NCBI GenBank assembly: GCA_041649175.1
Contig: JBAZNR010000001.1
Span: forward strand, 1,039,497-1,103,496
DNA from: Candidatus Omnitrophota bacterium
Lineage (GTDB): Bacteria > Omnitrophota > Gorgyraeia > Zapsychrales > JBAZNR01
Direction of reading: 5' to 3'
Length of the DNA: 64,000 nt
Shown: positions 31,341 through 40,660 of the stretch, piece by piece
Layout of the letters: every line of letters starts with the position of its first letter
How positions within the stretch are numbered: position 1 is the first letter of the stretch
Notes under the pieces: model-generated
Databases searched by the model: none
The model's input: only the letters and a program-made list of their open reading frames with translations
What the model was told of the DNA's origin: nothing
Made by a program: the position numbers and the translations under genes

Positions 31341-31544
31341 ATGAAAGACAAGATCCATCCCTCATATGAGGAAACAACCATTACCTGCGCGTGCGGGGAA
31401 GTTATTCATACGCGCTCAACACGGAAAAATATCCGCGTTGAAATTTGTTCCAAATGCCATCCCTTTTTTACCGGAGCGAAAAAGTTCGTTGATAGCGCCG
31501 GACGCATTGACCGTTTTGCGAAGCGTTATGGCAAGAAAGGCTAA
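31341..31544 (+). CDS. rpmE: 50S ribosomal protein L31 (zinc-binding type)
   Basis: 67 aa, MKDKIHP...CxC...CxxCHPFFTG. A strong AAGGAGAG RBS is present. Confidence 0.92.
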   Translation: MKDKIHPSYEETTITCACGEVIHTRSTRKNIRVEICSKCHPFFTGAKKFVDSAGRIDRFAKRYGKKG

Positions 31545-31546
31545 GC

Positions 31547-32611
31547 ATGTTAAGCAAGCTTGCGACAGTCGAGAAGCGCCTCGAAGAATTAGAGGGATTG
31601 CTTTCTGACCCGAAGATCATTTCGGACCAGGGGCAATATCAGAAGTTCGCTAAGGAACTTTCGGATATTACGCCGGTTGTCACAGCTTTTCGTGCTCACC
31701 GTAAAGTTATTGCGCACATTGATGAACTTAAAGAATTGCTCAAAGAAAAACACGATAAGGATTTTGAGCAGTTGGCGAAAACTGAATTGGAAGATCTCTC
31801 CAACCGCAAAGCAGAACTAGAGAGTAAAATAACCGAGCTGCTTAACCCGGTTAAAAAAGAAAAGGATCTTGATATTATCATTGAGATCCGCGCCGGAACA
31901 GGCGGAGCCGAAGCTAGTCTCTTTGCCGGAGATCTTTATCGGATGTACACCAAATACGCGGTAACGAAGGGCTGGAAAGTAGACTTGATGAACAGCCATC
32001 CTGCGGAGGCTGGTGGGTTTAAAGAAGTTGTTTTTGGCGTTAGCGGACGGGAAGCTTCCCGTCGTCTTAAATGGGAAAGCGGAGCTCATCGTGTTCAACG
32101 CGTTCCGGCGACGGAGGCTTCAGGGCGAATTCATACTTCGGCGGCGACAGTTGCGGTTTTGTTTGAGCCGGAAGAAGTAGAATTGACCATTGATCCAAAG
32201 GATCTGAGGATCGATATCTTTCGTTCTTCGGGGCCGGGCGGGCAGAGCGTTAATACGACGGATTCGGCTGTTCGGCTTACACATTTACCGACTGGAACAG
32301 TTGTTATTTGTCAGGATGAGCGTTCTCAGCTAAAAAACCGTATCAAGGCTATGCGTGTTTTACGCGCGCGTATTTTGGATAAAATGCAATTGGATGCTTT
32401 GAATAAGGCTTCGAAAGAAAGAAAGTCACAAATTGGCACGGGTGATAGAAGTGAGAAAATTCGTACCTATAACTTTCCCGACCGAAGAATTACGGACCAT
32501 CGCATTGGATTTACCACGCATCAATTGGTGAATGTTTTAGACGGCAACATGGACGAGCTTACGGATGCGCTTTTAAAAGCGGAAGCAGAGCTTCAGGTGC
32601 AAAGCAAATGA
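31547..32611 (+). CDS. prfA: Peptide chain release factor 1
   Basis: [16 protein letters not shown] (GGQ motif) and a PxT-type tripeptide region. Length is 354 aa. Confidence 0.93.
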   Translation: MLSKLATVEKRLEELEGLLSDPKIISDQGQYQKFAKELSDITPVVTAFRAHRKVIAHIDELKELLKEKHDKDFEQLAKTELEDLSNRKAELESKITELLNPVKKEKDLDIIIEIRAGTGGAEASLFAGDLYRMYTKYAVTKGWKVDLMNSHPAEAGGFKEVVFGVSGREASRRLKWESGAHRVQRVPATEASGRIHTSAATVAVLFEPEEVELTIDPKDLRIDIFRSSGPGGQSVNTTDSAVRLTHLPTGTVVICQDERSQLKNRIKAMRVLRARILDKMQLDALNKASKERKSQIGTGDRSEKIRTYNFPDRRITDHRIGFTTHQLVNVLDGNMDELTDALLKAEAELQVQSK

Positions 32612-33408
32612 CGGAGCAAGAACTTATTCTAATCGATCTTTTAAAGTGCCGCCGCGTTGATCTGTACGCCAGGGATGTGGATCTTACGCAAAATCAGGAA
32701 GAACAATTATCTAAAATTCAAGATCGTCGGAAGTCAGGCGAGCCTTTGCAGTATATTTTAGGGCGAACAACATTTTTAAATACAGAACTTTTGGTTGATG
32801 CGCGTGTTCTTATCCCTCGTCCTGAAACGGAATTGCTGGTAGAAGCGCTGATAAAGAAATCAAGATCATTTAAGCGAGATTTAAGAATTCTTGATATTGG
32901 GACTGGCAGCGGGAATATCGCCATTGCTTTGGCTAAAAATATTCCAAATGCTTTTTTGACAGCTGTTGACATTTCTTTGGACGCTTTAGATTTGGCAAAA
33001 GTTAATGCGCAGCTTAACGGCGTTAGTGATAAAATAAATTTTACTCAAAGTGATCTATTTTCAGGATTAGAGCAAGAGGCGATCAGCGAGAAATTTGATA
33101 TCATTGTTTCCAATCCGCCGTATATCAAAAAAGAAGATATTGGCCGATTACCGGCAGATGTGCGAAGAGAACCGGTGATAGCCTTAGACGGTGGAGAAGA
33201 CGGGCTTGAGTTTTATAGAAGAATTATCGCCCACGCGCAGGGTTTTTTAAATCCCGGCGGGTTCTTAGCGCTGGAGATGGGAGATGGGCAAAAATTTTTT
33301 CTGGAAAAAATTTTTGCCCAGCATAAAAATTTTCAAGTAACAGAATTCATTAAAGATTATGTCAATACGGATCGTATCATCATCGCGGAGCTAAAAATTT
33401 ATGGATAA
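32608..33408 (+). CDS. prmC: Release factor glutamine N5-methyltransferase
   Basis: NPPY motif and a SAM-binding DIGTGSG motif. The ATGA overlap with prfA is typical for prmC. Confidence 0.9.
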   Translation: MTEQELILIDLLKCRRVDLYARDVDLTQNQEEQLSKIQDRRKSGEPLQYILGRTTFLNTELLVDARVLIPRPETELLVEALIKKSRSFKRDLRILDIGTGSGNIAIALAKNIPNAFLTAVDISLDALDLAKVNAQLNGVSDKINFTQSDLFSGLEQEAISEKFDIIVSNPPYIKKEDIGRLPADVRREPVIALDGGEDGLEFYRRIIAHAQGFLNPGGFLALEMGDGQKFFLEKIFAQHKNFQVTEFIKDYVNTDRIIIAELKIYG

Positions 33409-34663
33409 ACTTATCATTGAGGGCGGCAGGGCTTTAAAAGGCGAAGTGAATATCAGCGGGGCAAAAAATTCAGCCTTACCGATCATGGCGGCAACACTTT
33501 TGACCGATGACACGTGCATTATTCGCAATGTGCCAAGGTTGCGTGATACCTTAACCATGGCGCGATTACTACGGTCTTTAGGAAAGAATGTGGATATTAC
33601 TGCCGATAAAGTGACCATTTCTTCCAAAGGAGAACATCAGTACATCGCCGATTACAAGTTAGTTTCTACCATGCGTGGGTCATTTTGTGTTTTAGGGCCG
33701 ATTCTCGCAAAACTTAAGAAAGCCAAAGTATCTTTACCCGGAGGTTGCATTATCGGTGTTCGCCCGGTCGATCTTCACATCAAAGGATTAGAGGCTTTAG
33801 GCGCGAAAATCACCGTTGAAAATGGCTATGTGACCGCCAAGGCGAATCAGTTAAAGGGAACAAGCATTTATTTGGGTGGTTCGTTCGGTTCATCAGTTTT
33901 GGCGACGGCCAATGTCATGATGGCGGCAACATTAGGCAAAGGAACAACGGTTATTGAGTCGGCGGCTTGTGAGCCTGAAGTTGAAGATCTGGCTAACTTC
34001 CTTGCATCCATGGGCGCCAAAATAAAAGGACAAGGCTCTCCTCAAATTTCGATCACAGGTGTTAAGAAACTTCATGGCACGGATTATAAGATTATTCCCG
34101 ACCGCATTGAAACCGGAACATTTGTTTTATTTGCTGCCGCAACGAGAAGCAATATTGTGATCAAAAACGGTTGTTACAATCATATTTTAGCTTTAGTTGA
34201 TCGGCTTCGCATTGCCGGAATTGATGTCATTGAAGAAAATAATTCCATTAAGATAAAATATCGTAAAGATATAAAGCCCGTCAGCCTTTCAACGTATCCT
34301 CATCCTGGTTTTCCAACGGATCTGCAGGCGCAATTTATGGCGCTGATGGCGATGATCCCCGGAGTAAGTGTTATTACCGATAAAGTTTATCCGGATCGCT
34401 TCATGCATATTGCCGAGCTTATTCGTATGGGAGCGAATATCCGCCGTGAGGGTAGCAGTGCTATTATTCAGGGAGTTTCATGTTTGCGCGGTGCTCCAGT
34501 TATGGCTTCTGACTTAAGGGCTTCCGCGGCTTTAGTTTTAGCCGGTTTGGCGGCCGAGGGAAAAACAGAGATCGGCCGCATCTATCATCTTGACCGCGGC
34601 TATGAATTGATCGATGAGAAATTAACAAAACTTGGCGCCAAGGTGCGCCGGGAAAAAGAATAA
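33401..34663 (+). CDS. murA: UDP-N-acetylglucosamine 1-carboxyvinyltransferase
   Basis: 420 aa of EPSP-synthase fold with the catalytic Cys region (SGAKNSALP..., LPGGCIIG). Confidence 0.93.
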   Translation: MDKLIIEGGRALKGEVNISGAKNSALPIMAATLLTDDTCIIRNVPRLRDTLTMARLLRSLGKNVDITADKVTISSKGEHQYIADYKLVSTMRGSFCVLGPILAKLKKAKVSLPGGCIIGVRPVDLHIKGLEALGAKITVENGYVTAKANQLKGTSIYLGGSFGSSVLATANVMMAATLGKGTTVIESAACEPEVEDLANFLASMGAKIKGQGSPQISITGVKKLHGTDYKIIPDRIETGTFVLFAAATRSNIVIKNGCYNHILALVDRLRIAGIDVIEENNSIKIKYRKDIKPVSLSTYPHPGFPTDLQAQFMALMAMIPGVSVITDKVYPDRFMHIAELIRMGANIRREGSSAIIQGVSCLRGAPVMASDLRASAALVLAGLAAEGKTEIGRIYHLDRGYELIDEKLTKLGAKVRREKE

Positions 34664-34675
34664 AAAGAGCAGACA

Positions 34676-35239
34676 ATGATCCTTGTTATTGATAATTACG
34701 ATTCGTTTACATATAACCTTGTTCAATATTTGGGTGAATTGGGCGCTGATCTAAAAGTCTATCGCAACGATAAAATTTCTGTTGAACAAATAAAGAAACT
34801 TAAACCCGACCGCATTGTTATTTCTCCCGGGCCAGGCCGCCCCGAGGATGCCGGAATTTCTGTGGCTGTCATCAAAGAATTATCCGGAAAAATCCCTATC
34901 TTGGGTGTTTGCTTGGGGCATCAGGCTATCGGTTTCGCCTATGGCGGAAAAATCATTCAAGCCAAGAAATTGATGCACGGAAAAACCTCGCAGATCTATC
35001 ATGATAAAAAAAGAATTTTCTCAAAAATAGATAATCCTTTTGAAGCAACGCGTTATCATTCCTTAGTGATCGAGAAAAAAAGTTTGCCGTCGTGCCTGAC
35101 TGTGACCGCTTGGACAAAGGACGAAGAAATTATGGGAGTTGTTCATAAAGATTTTCCGCTGTGGGGCGTTCAATTCCATCCTGAATCAATCTTAACCAAG
35201 TCAGGATTGGGTTTACTCAAAAATTTTCTTACCCTTTGA
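34676..35239 (+). CDS. trpG: Anthranilate synthase component II / aminodeoxychorismate synthase glutamine amidotransferase
   Basis: Class I GATase of 187 aa with a GVCLGHQ catalytic Cys and a terminal HPE motif. Confidence 0.9.
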   Translation: MILVIDNYDSFTYNLVQYLGELGADLKVYRNDKISVEQIKKLKPDRIVISPGPGRPEDAGISVAVIKELSGKIPILGVCLGHQAIGFAYGGKIIQAKKLMHGKTSQIYHDKKRIFSKIDNPFEATRYHSLVIEKKSLPSCLTVTAWTKDEEIMGVVHKDFPLWGVQFHPESILTKSGLGLLKNFLTL

Positions 35240-36252
35240 TGAATAACTACATTGATAAGCTTCAGAAAAAACAGAACCTTACATCCTTAGAGATGGAAGA
35301 GGTGATGCGCTCTATCATGTCGGGAAAGGCTTCTCAAAATGATATCGCATTATTTCTAATGGCGCTGCGTGATAAAGGCGCGACGGTTGATGAGATCACC
35401 GGAGCCGCCAAGATCATGCGGCAGTTTGTGGTCCCTGTCCAAAGTAAGCACGCTGTCATTTTGGATACTTGTGGCACCGGTGGAGACCGCCTGCGAACAT
35501 TCAATATATCGACGATCGTTGCTTTCGTTGTGGCGGCCGCGGGGGTAGCGGTGGCGAAACACGGCAATCGCTCGGTTTCCAGCAAATGCGGAAGCGCCGA
35601 TCTTCTTGAAGCCTTAGGTGTTAATCTTGACGCGGAATCAAAAAACTTAAGCACTTGTTTAGATAAGATCGGTATTGTATTTTTATTCGCTCAGAAGCTT
35701 CATCCCGCTATGAAACACGCCGCACCGGCACGAAAACAATTAGGCGTTGAAACGATCTTCAATGTCTTAGGCCCTTTGACAAATCCGGCTCAAGCGACGC
35801 ATCAGATGATGGGCGTTTATCAAAATGACCTGACGGAGCCGATGGCGCAAGTTCTCAAGAATTTGGGATTGAAGAAGGCATTGGTGGTCCACGGCGCTGA
35901 TGGATTAGATGAAGTCACCACAACACGTGAAACATTTGTCAGTGAATTTAACGGAAAAGATATTAGTTCGTATACGATCGACCCCAAAGAATGCGGAATA
36001 GCGCTTGCCTCCCTGGAAAACTTAAGAGGCGGCGATGCGTCGACCAATTCTCGGATCGCTTTAGAGATTTTGAAAGGAAAAAAAAGCGCTAAACGCGATA
36101 TTGTTGTTTTTAACGCGGCTTGCGCGCTTTATATCGCGGAAAAAGTCAAGGCGATCCCCGATGGAATAAAAATAGCCGAGGATATGATCGATACAGGGAA
36201 GGCTTTAGACAAGTTGGAGGCTTTAAAGGAATTTACGCATTATGCCCAATGA
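35236..36252 (+). CDS. trpD: Anthranilate phosphoribosyltransferase
   Basis: DTCGTGGD and [15 protein letters not shown] motifs. Length is 338 aa. Confidence 0.92.
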   Translation: MMNNYIDKLQKKQNLTSLEMEEVMRSIMSGKASQNDIALFLMALRDKGATVDEITGAAKIMRQFVVPVQSKHAVILDTCGTGGDRLRTFNISTIVAFVVAAAGVAVAKHGNRSVSSKCGSADLLEALGVNLDAESKNLSTCLDKIGIVFLFAQKLHPAMKHAAPARKQLGVETIFNVLGPLTNPAQATHQMMGVYQNDLTEPMAQVLKNLGLKKALVVHGADGLDEVTTTRETFVSEFNGKDISSYTIDPKECGIALASLENLRGGDASTNSRIALEILKGKKSAKRDIVVFNAACALYIAEKVKAIPDGIKIAEDMIDTGKALDKLEALKEFTHYAQ

Positions 36253-37030
36253 CTTTTTAAAACAGATCATTGAATATAAACAAAGCCTTCTAAAAGAAAA
36301 GAAGGCATTCTATGAGACTCTTAAAAATAAGATCAGGAAGGAAAAGCTATCCCGTTATTGTATTTTTAAGAAAGCTATTTCTGCGCCCGGGCAAGTTAAT
36401 TTGATCGCCGAAATAAAGAAAGCCTCGCCTTCCAAGGGAATTATCCGCCCTAATTTTGATTGCTTGCAACTGGCAAAAGTTTATGTCAAAAATGGCGCGG
36501 CGGCCTTATCGATCTTAACGGAAGATAAATTTTTCTTAGGTAAAATTCCGTATTTGCGCCAAGTAAGCGAGAATTTAAGCGTTCCGGTCTTAACGAAAGA
36601 TTTCATCATTGATGAAGTGCAAATCTATGAAGCGTTTTATTTCGGAACAAGCGCTATTCTTTTGATCGTTGCCATCCTGGACGACAAACAACTAAGAAAC
36701 TTGATGAATGTGGCGGCCGATCTGGATTTAGATTGTTTAGTCGAAATTCACAATGAAAAAGAACTAAACCGTGCTTTAAAAGCTAAAGCGGAAATTATCG
36801 GGGTCAACAACCGAAACTTGCGCACCTTTGAAGTGGATTTAAAGGTCAGCGAGAAACTTATTCCCCAAATCCCCAAAGACAAGGTTATTGTGGCGGAAAG
36901 CGGGATCAAGGCTCATCAAGAAATAAAGGTTTTAGAAAAACTTGGGGCTCATGCGGTTTTGATCGGAGAAACATTCTTACGCGAAGCGGATGTAGCAGCT
37001 AAAGTGAAGGAAGTGATGCATGGCGAATAA
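36242..37030 (+). CDS. trpC: Indole-3-glycerol phosphate synthase
   Basis: IAEIKKASPSKG and an NNRNL motif. Length is 262 aa. Confidence 0.92.
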   Translation: MPNDFLKQIIEYKQSLLKEKKAFYETLKNKIRKEKLSRYCIFKKAISAPGQVNLIAEIKKASPSKGIIRPNFDCLQLAKVYVKNGAAALSILTEDKFFLGKIPYLRQVSENLSVPVLTKDFIIDEVQIYEAFYFGTSAILLIVAILDDKQLRNLMNVAADLDLDCLVEIHNEKELNRALKAKAEIIGVNNRNLRTFEVDLKVSEKLIPQIPKDKVIVAESGIKAHQEIKVLEKLGAHAVLIGETFLREADVAAKVKEVMHGE

Positions 37031-37646
37031 AGTTAAAGTTAAGATTTGCGGCATAACTAATGAGTCGGATGCTCTTTTTGCGTGTGAACTTGGCGCTTGG
37101 GCGCTGGGGTTTGTTTTTCACAAGAAAAGTCCGCGCTATATTTCTCCGTCGAAGGCAAAAAGAATTATTGAGGCGCTTCCTCCGTTCGTCACGCCAGTCG
37201 GCGTTTTTGCCAACTTAAGAGAAGGCGCGGTAAGAGATATCGCGCGGTTTTGTTCGTTACGAACTTTGCAATTCCACGGGAATGAAACGCCGCAGTATTG
37301 CGGGCGCTTTAGGGATCATTCCGTCATAAAAGCGTTTCGTGTCGGGAATGATTTCGATATTAGTAGCTTAAGCCAATTTAAGACATCAGGTTATTTGTTC
37401 GACACTTTCCAAGAAGATGTTCAAGGCGGAACGGGAAAGACATTTAATTGGGACATTATCAAGGATAAAAAATTTACGCGGCCGGTTATTTTGTCGGGTG
37501 GCTTAAACCCCCAGAATGTTGCGCAAGCCATTGGAGAGATCAAGCCTTACGCGGTTGACGTTAGTAGCGGCGTTGAGCAAACGCCGGGTAAGAAAAGCGG
37601 AAAATTGTTGATAGAATTCTTTCAAATTGTTAATTCTCTTAATTAA
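37020..37646 (+). CDS. trpF: Phosphoribosylanthranilate isomerase
   Basis: VKICGIT N-terminus and the QFHG motif. Length is 208 aa. Confidence 0.9.
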   Translation: MANKVKVKICGITNESDALFACELGAWALGFVFHKKSPRYISPSKAKRIIEALPPFVTPVGVFANLREGAVRDIARFCSLRTLQFHGNETPQYCGRFRDHSVIKAFRVGNDFDISSLSQFKTSGYLFDTFQEDVQGGTGKTFNWDIIKDKKFTRPVILSGGLNPQNVAQAIGEIKPYAVDVSSGVEQTPGKKSGKLLIEFFQIVNSLN

Positions 37647-37658
37647 GGAAAAGAAGCT

Positions 37659-38330
37659 ATGAGCAAAGTGATCTTTGATGTGGAAACGGTGGGGCAGGAT
37701 TTTGAAACCTTGGATGATACGTCAAAAGAGTATTTCTTAAAATTCGCCGAAACCGACGAAAAAAAAGAAGAAGCCAAGAATTCCTTAAGCTTTTATCCTT
37801 TGACCGCGCAAATTGTTACCATTGCCATGCTGGACGCCGAAACCCAAAAAGGATTTGTCTATTTTCAGAACAAGACAGGTAAGCCGGAGAAGTTTGTTGA
37901 GGGCGAAACACTTTATTTGGCGGGTACCGAACAGGATATTCTTAATAACTTCTGGGTCCAAATAAGAAAATATACGCATTTTATAACGTTCAACGGAAGG
38001 GTTTTTGATTGTCCGTTCGTGATGTTGCGTTCGGCCATAAACGGTATTCGTGCCGGTAAAAATCTTATGCCGTATCGTTATAGCCACACAGAGCATATTG
38101 ACTTGAGCGATCAGCTGACATTTTATGATGCGATGCGGCGTAAATTCAGCCTACATATGTGGTGCCAGGCTTTTGGCGTTAAAAGCCCAAAAGAAGAGGG
38201 AATTACCGGGCTTCAGGTCAAAGACCTCTTTAAAGAAGGGCGTTATCACGATATCGCGCGCTATTGTTTTCGTGATGTTCAGGCAACAAAAGAGCTTTAT
38301 CAGTATTGGGAAAAAAACCTTAGGTTTTAG
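37659..38330 (+). CDS. Predicted DEDDy 3'-5' exonuclease, RNase H-like fold (PolB-exonuclease-domain-like)
   Basis: IFDVETVG (Exo I), FNGRVFDCPFV (Exo II-like) and YCFRDVQATKELY (YxxxD Exo III). 223 aa. It is embedded between trpF and trpB. Confidence 0.65.
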   Translation: MSKVIFDVETVGQDFETLDDTSKEYFLKFAETDEKKEEAKNSLSFYPLTAQIVTIAMLDAETQKGFVYFQNKTGKPEKFVEGETLYLAGTEQDILNNFWVQIRKYTHFITFNGRVFDCPFVMLRSAINGIRAGKNLMPYRYSHTEHIDLSDQLTFYDAMRRKFSLHMWCQAFGVKSPKEEGITGLQVKDLFKEGRYHDIARYCFRDVQATKELYQYWEKNLRF

Positions 38331-38385
38331 TTTTATTTTTCAGCCTCGTCGATAGAAAGCCCTTTCTTGAGCGCGGGTAGCCACC

Positions 38386-38414
38386 TTGTCGAGTTTAGAA
38401 AAGTATGCTATATT
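38386..38414 (+). promoter_or_regulatory. Promoter of the candidate small RNA
   Basis: TTGTCG at 38386-38391, a 17-nt spacer, then TATATT at 38409-38414. The predicted +1 (~38421) coincides with the first base of the RNA closing helix. Confidence 0.55.
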
Positions 38415-38420
38415 CTTATT

Positions 38421-38616
38421 AAGCCGATAAAGGTAAACCCGTTGAAAGACGGGGACGCAAAGCCTACAGACCTAATGTGTCGGATGCTCAAAGAGGCTCG
38501 CGGTGGTGCTGGCGGGCGACAAAAGCCGGGTACGGCTTATGGCTGACGACAAGATGGTGGCTGGGTTGCCGAAGTGACGCGGGAGCGATATCCCGATCTT
38601 TGTCGGCTTCTTTTTT
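38421..38616 (+). ncRNA. Candidate structured small RNA of ~195 nt, identity unassigned (possibly 6S-like or another trans-acting sRNA)
   Basis: GC-rich island (~58% GC) in an AT-rich intergenic region. A 14-bp closing helix joins 38421-38434 with 38596-38609 and ends in UUUUUU. Internal hairpins are recognisable: 38438-38453 with a GAAA tetraloop, 38523-38538 with a GGUA loop, and 38580-38595. The RNA has its own promoter and is followed by a second terminator hairpin. Confidence 0.55.
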
Positions 38617-38627
38617 AAACACCTTTT

Positions 38628-38656
38628 AAAACCCTCTTCAATGAGGGTTTTTTATT
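38628..38656 (+). terminator. Rho-independent terminator downstream of the candidate sRNA
   Basis: 9-bp stem AAAACCCTC / GAGGGTTTT with a TTCAAT loop, followed by a T-run. Confidence 0.75.
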
Positions 38657-38731
38657 TTTATGCCATCCTTAAGCTAATCTTTCTTCTGCATTCTTTTTGT
38701 TGTGAAAAATCATTTTCTAGGCAATAGGTTA

Positions 38732-38740
38732 TGGTATAAT
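38732..38740 (+). promoter_or_regulatory. Extended -10 promoter (TGGTATAAT) for the Zn-ribbon/M20 operon
   Basis: TGnTATAAT at 38732-38740. The first in-frame ATG lies at 38749, only ~8 nt downstream. This suggests a leaderless or near-leaderless mRNA. Confidence 0.5.
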
Positions 38741-38748
38741 TGTGCCCA

Positions 38749-39051
38749 ATGAATATCAAATTTTTAAGGGTTTTTAAACGCGTTGATGTCGACGATGTCA
38801 AGGGGCATCTATTGATCTGCGGAGACCTTTCGGCCAGCTGTTCGAAATGCGCGGCTGTAGGGATAAAACTTGATAGCAGCAAGTGCCCTGAATGCCAAAC
38901 AGATTTTCGTTATGTTACTTTCCGAAATATAAAAGAAAATATGCCTAAAGTTCAAAGGTTAAGCGAACCTCCATTGGCTTTGTCGGTCATTGATTTTGAT
39001 GATTATAAGAAAATTACCGGAGCGCAAAAAGCTGAGGATTTCTTTAGATGA
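38749..39051 (+). CDS. Small Cys4 zinc-ribbon protein of unknown function
   Basis: ~100 aa with CSKC...CPEC. Its stop overlaps the start of the M20 peptidase gene (ATGA). The six-frame ORF begins at TTG 38740, inside the -10 element, so ATG 38749 is preferred. Confidence 0.55.
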   Translation: MNIKFLRVFKRVDVDDVKGHLLICGDLSASCSKCAAVGIKLDSSKCPECQTDFRYVTFRNIKENMPKVQRLSEPPLALSVIDFDDYKKITGAQKAEDFFR

Positions 39052-40190
39052 TCAATAAAAAAAGATTAACGGCATTAACTCAAAAGCTGATCGGGATCAA
39101 TTCTGAAAATCCTCCGGGACGAGAATGGGACATAGCCGAATTTATCCGTAAAGATATGCTGTCTTTAGGGCTGGATGTTAAGACATATACATTCCAAAAG
39201 AAGCGGCCGAATATTGTGGCGACTTTGCGGGGCAAATTGCCCCGCAAAGTCGCCAGCTCTCAAGCTATCTTGCTTTCGCCGCATATTGATACGGTTCCGG
39301 CGGGCAAGGGTTGGCGATTTGGTCCGTTTTCCGGGAAAATCCACCAAGGGAAAATTTATGGGCGTGGGGCTAGCGATGATAAGGGTAATTTAGCTTGTTG
39401 CATGGAAGTTTTAAGAAGCTTGATGGAAGACGGTGTTTCTTTCCAGAAAGATATTATCATGGCCGCAACGGCGGATGAGGAAACGGGGAGCCATTTTGGC
39501 ATTGTGCCGCTTTTGGCTAAAAAGATCCTGAAGCCAAAAGCGGCACTCATCATGGATTCCGACGAATTTCATTCTATTATCGCGCAAAAAGGGCTTATCC
39601 ACTGCCGGGTTCAGATTTTTGGGAAAAAAGCTCATGGCGCTTATAACTGGCGCGGTATTAATGCCATTGAACAAGCCGGCCGCATAATCAATCAAATAAA
39701 ACAACATAAGTTTTCTTTTAAAAAACATACGCTTTTGCACGCGCCGACGGTCAATGTTGGGACGATCAAAGGCGGAGACAAAGTCAATATGGTCGCGGAT
39801 TTCTGCGAATTTTCTTTAGATTTTCGTTATTTACCCGGCACAGATCCAAAATCTGTTTTAAATATTCTTAAGAAAACCATTCGATCCGAGGCAAAGAAAT
39901 TCAAGATCATCATCGACGATCTTCAATATCCTTATGAGATTGATACTGATCATTCCCTGGTTAAAACTTTTTCTGCTACCTGTAAGAAAATGGGATTTAA
40001 ATCGCAACTAACTGGCAGTGAAGGCGCAACAGTCATTTCGTTCTTTAAGCGTTTTGGTATTCCGGCTATTGCAACAGGTTTTGCGGCGGAAGGCACAGCG
40101 CATATCACGGATGAATATGCGGTGGTGAACGATCTGTATCATGGCTCGCAAGTCTTAGAACAGTTTTTAAAGGACTATGACCAAATATGA
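39048..40190 (+). CDS. M20-family metallopeptidase (ArgE/DapE-like deacylase)
   Basis: HIDTVPAG and GASDDKGNLA metal-binding motifs. Length is 380 aa. Confidence 0.8.
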   Translation: MINKKRLTALTQKLIGINSENPPGREWDIAEFIRKDMLSLGLDVKTYTFQKKRPNIVATLRGKLPRKVASSQAILLSPHIDTVPAGKGWRFGPFSGKIHQGKIYGRGASDDKGNLACCMEVLRSLMEDGVSFQKDIIMAATADEETGSHFGIVPLLAKKILKPKAALIMDSDEFHSIIAQKGLIHCRVQIFGKKAHGAYNWRGINAIEQAGRIINQIKQHKFSFKKHTLLHAPTVNVGTIKGGDKVNMVADFCEFSLDFRYLPGTDPKSVLNILKKTIRSEAKKFKIIIDDLQYPYEIDTDHSLVKTFSATCKKMGFKSQLTGSEGATVISFFKRFGIPAIATGFAAEGTAHITDEYAVVNDLYHGSQVLEQFLKDYDQI

Positions 40191-40660
40191 GTCCGGCGAA
40201 ACATGTGATTGCTTCGGGTGTTACCAGTGTTGTTTTTATGGTTTTGTTTAAATCCTGGGCGGGTGCCGTGGCGTGTTTTTTAAGCGGTATTTTGATCGAC
40301 GTGGATCATCTTTGGGATTTTTATTTAGGAACTAAGAAAATCAGCTTTAGTGTTCAGGAGCTGGATGATTTTTGTTCCCGCGATGAAAAAGGAGGAAAGC
40401 TTTATCTTTTTTTTCACTCCTATGAGTTTTTAGCGGTATTATGGGGCATTGTATTTTATTCTCAATTTTCTCCCGTTTTAACCGGTATTGTTCTTGGAAT
40501 GAGCGTTCATTTGTTGCTTGATCAAATAACTAACGCAGTTTATCCTTGGGCATATTTCTTTTTTTATCGCGCAAGGTTTGGCTTTCCGCAGGAAGTTTTC
40601 TTTAAGGAACGGTTTTTGAAAAGATTTGTTTGCGCAAACGAGACCTCATATGAGAAATAG
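40187..40660 (+). CDS. DUF457/YdjM-like membrane-bound metal-dependent hydrolase-family protein
   Basis: 157 aa with 3-4 TM segments and conserved His/Asp positions (IDVDHLWD, HLLLDQ). The ATGA overlap with the M20 gene indicates coupling. Confidence 0.55.
   Translation: MSPAKHVIASGVTSVVFMVLFKSWAGAVACFLSGILIDVDHLWDFYLGTKKISFSVQELDDFCSRDEKGGKLYLFFHSYEFLAVLWGIVFYSQFSPVLTGIVLGMSVHLLLDQITNAVYPWAYFFFYRARFGFPQEVFFKERFLKRFVCANETSYEK

Noticed and set aside
38421-38616. Assignment of the structured RNA to tmRNA, SRP RNA, RNase P RNA or a lysine/TPP/B12/ZTP/T-box riboswitch
   Set aside because: Similarity is only partial: ACGGGGA..GCAAAGCC resembles the tmRNA 5' region, and AGAGGC and GCCGAAG/GGGAGCG resemble lysine-box fragments. 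The defining elements of each family are missing. These are the tRNA-like acceptor/T-arm/CCA, the GGAAGCAGC motif of SRP domain IV, RNase P P4 (GGAAAGUCCGG), and B12 or T-box consensus sequences. Identity is therefore left open.
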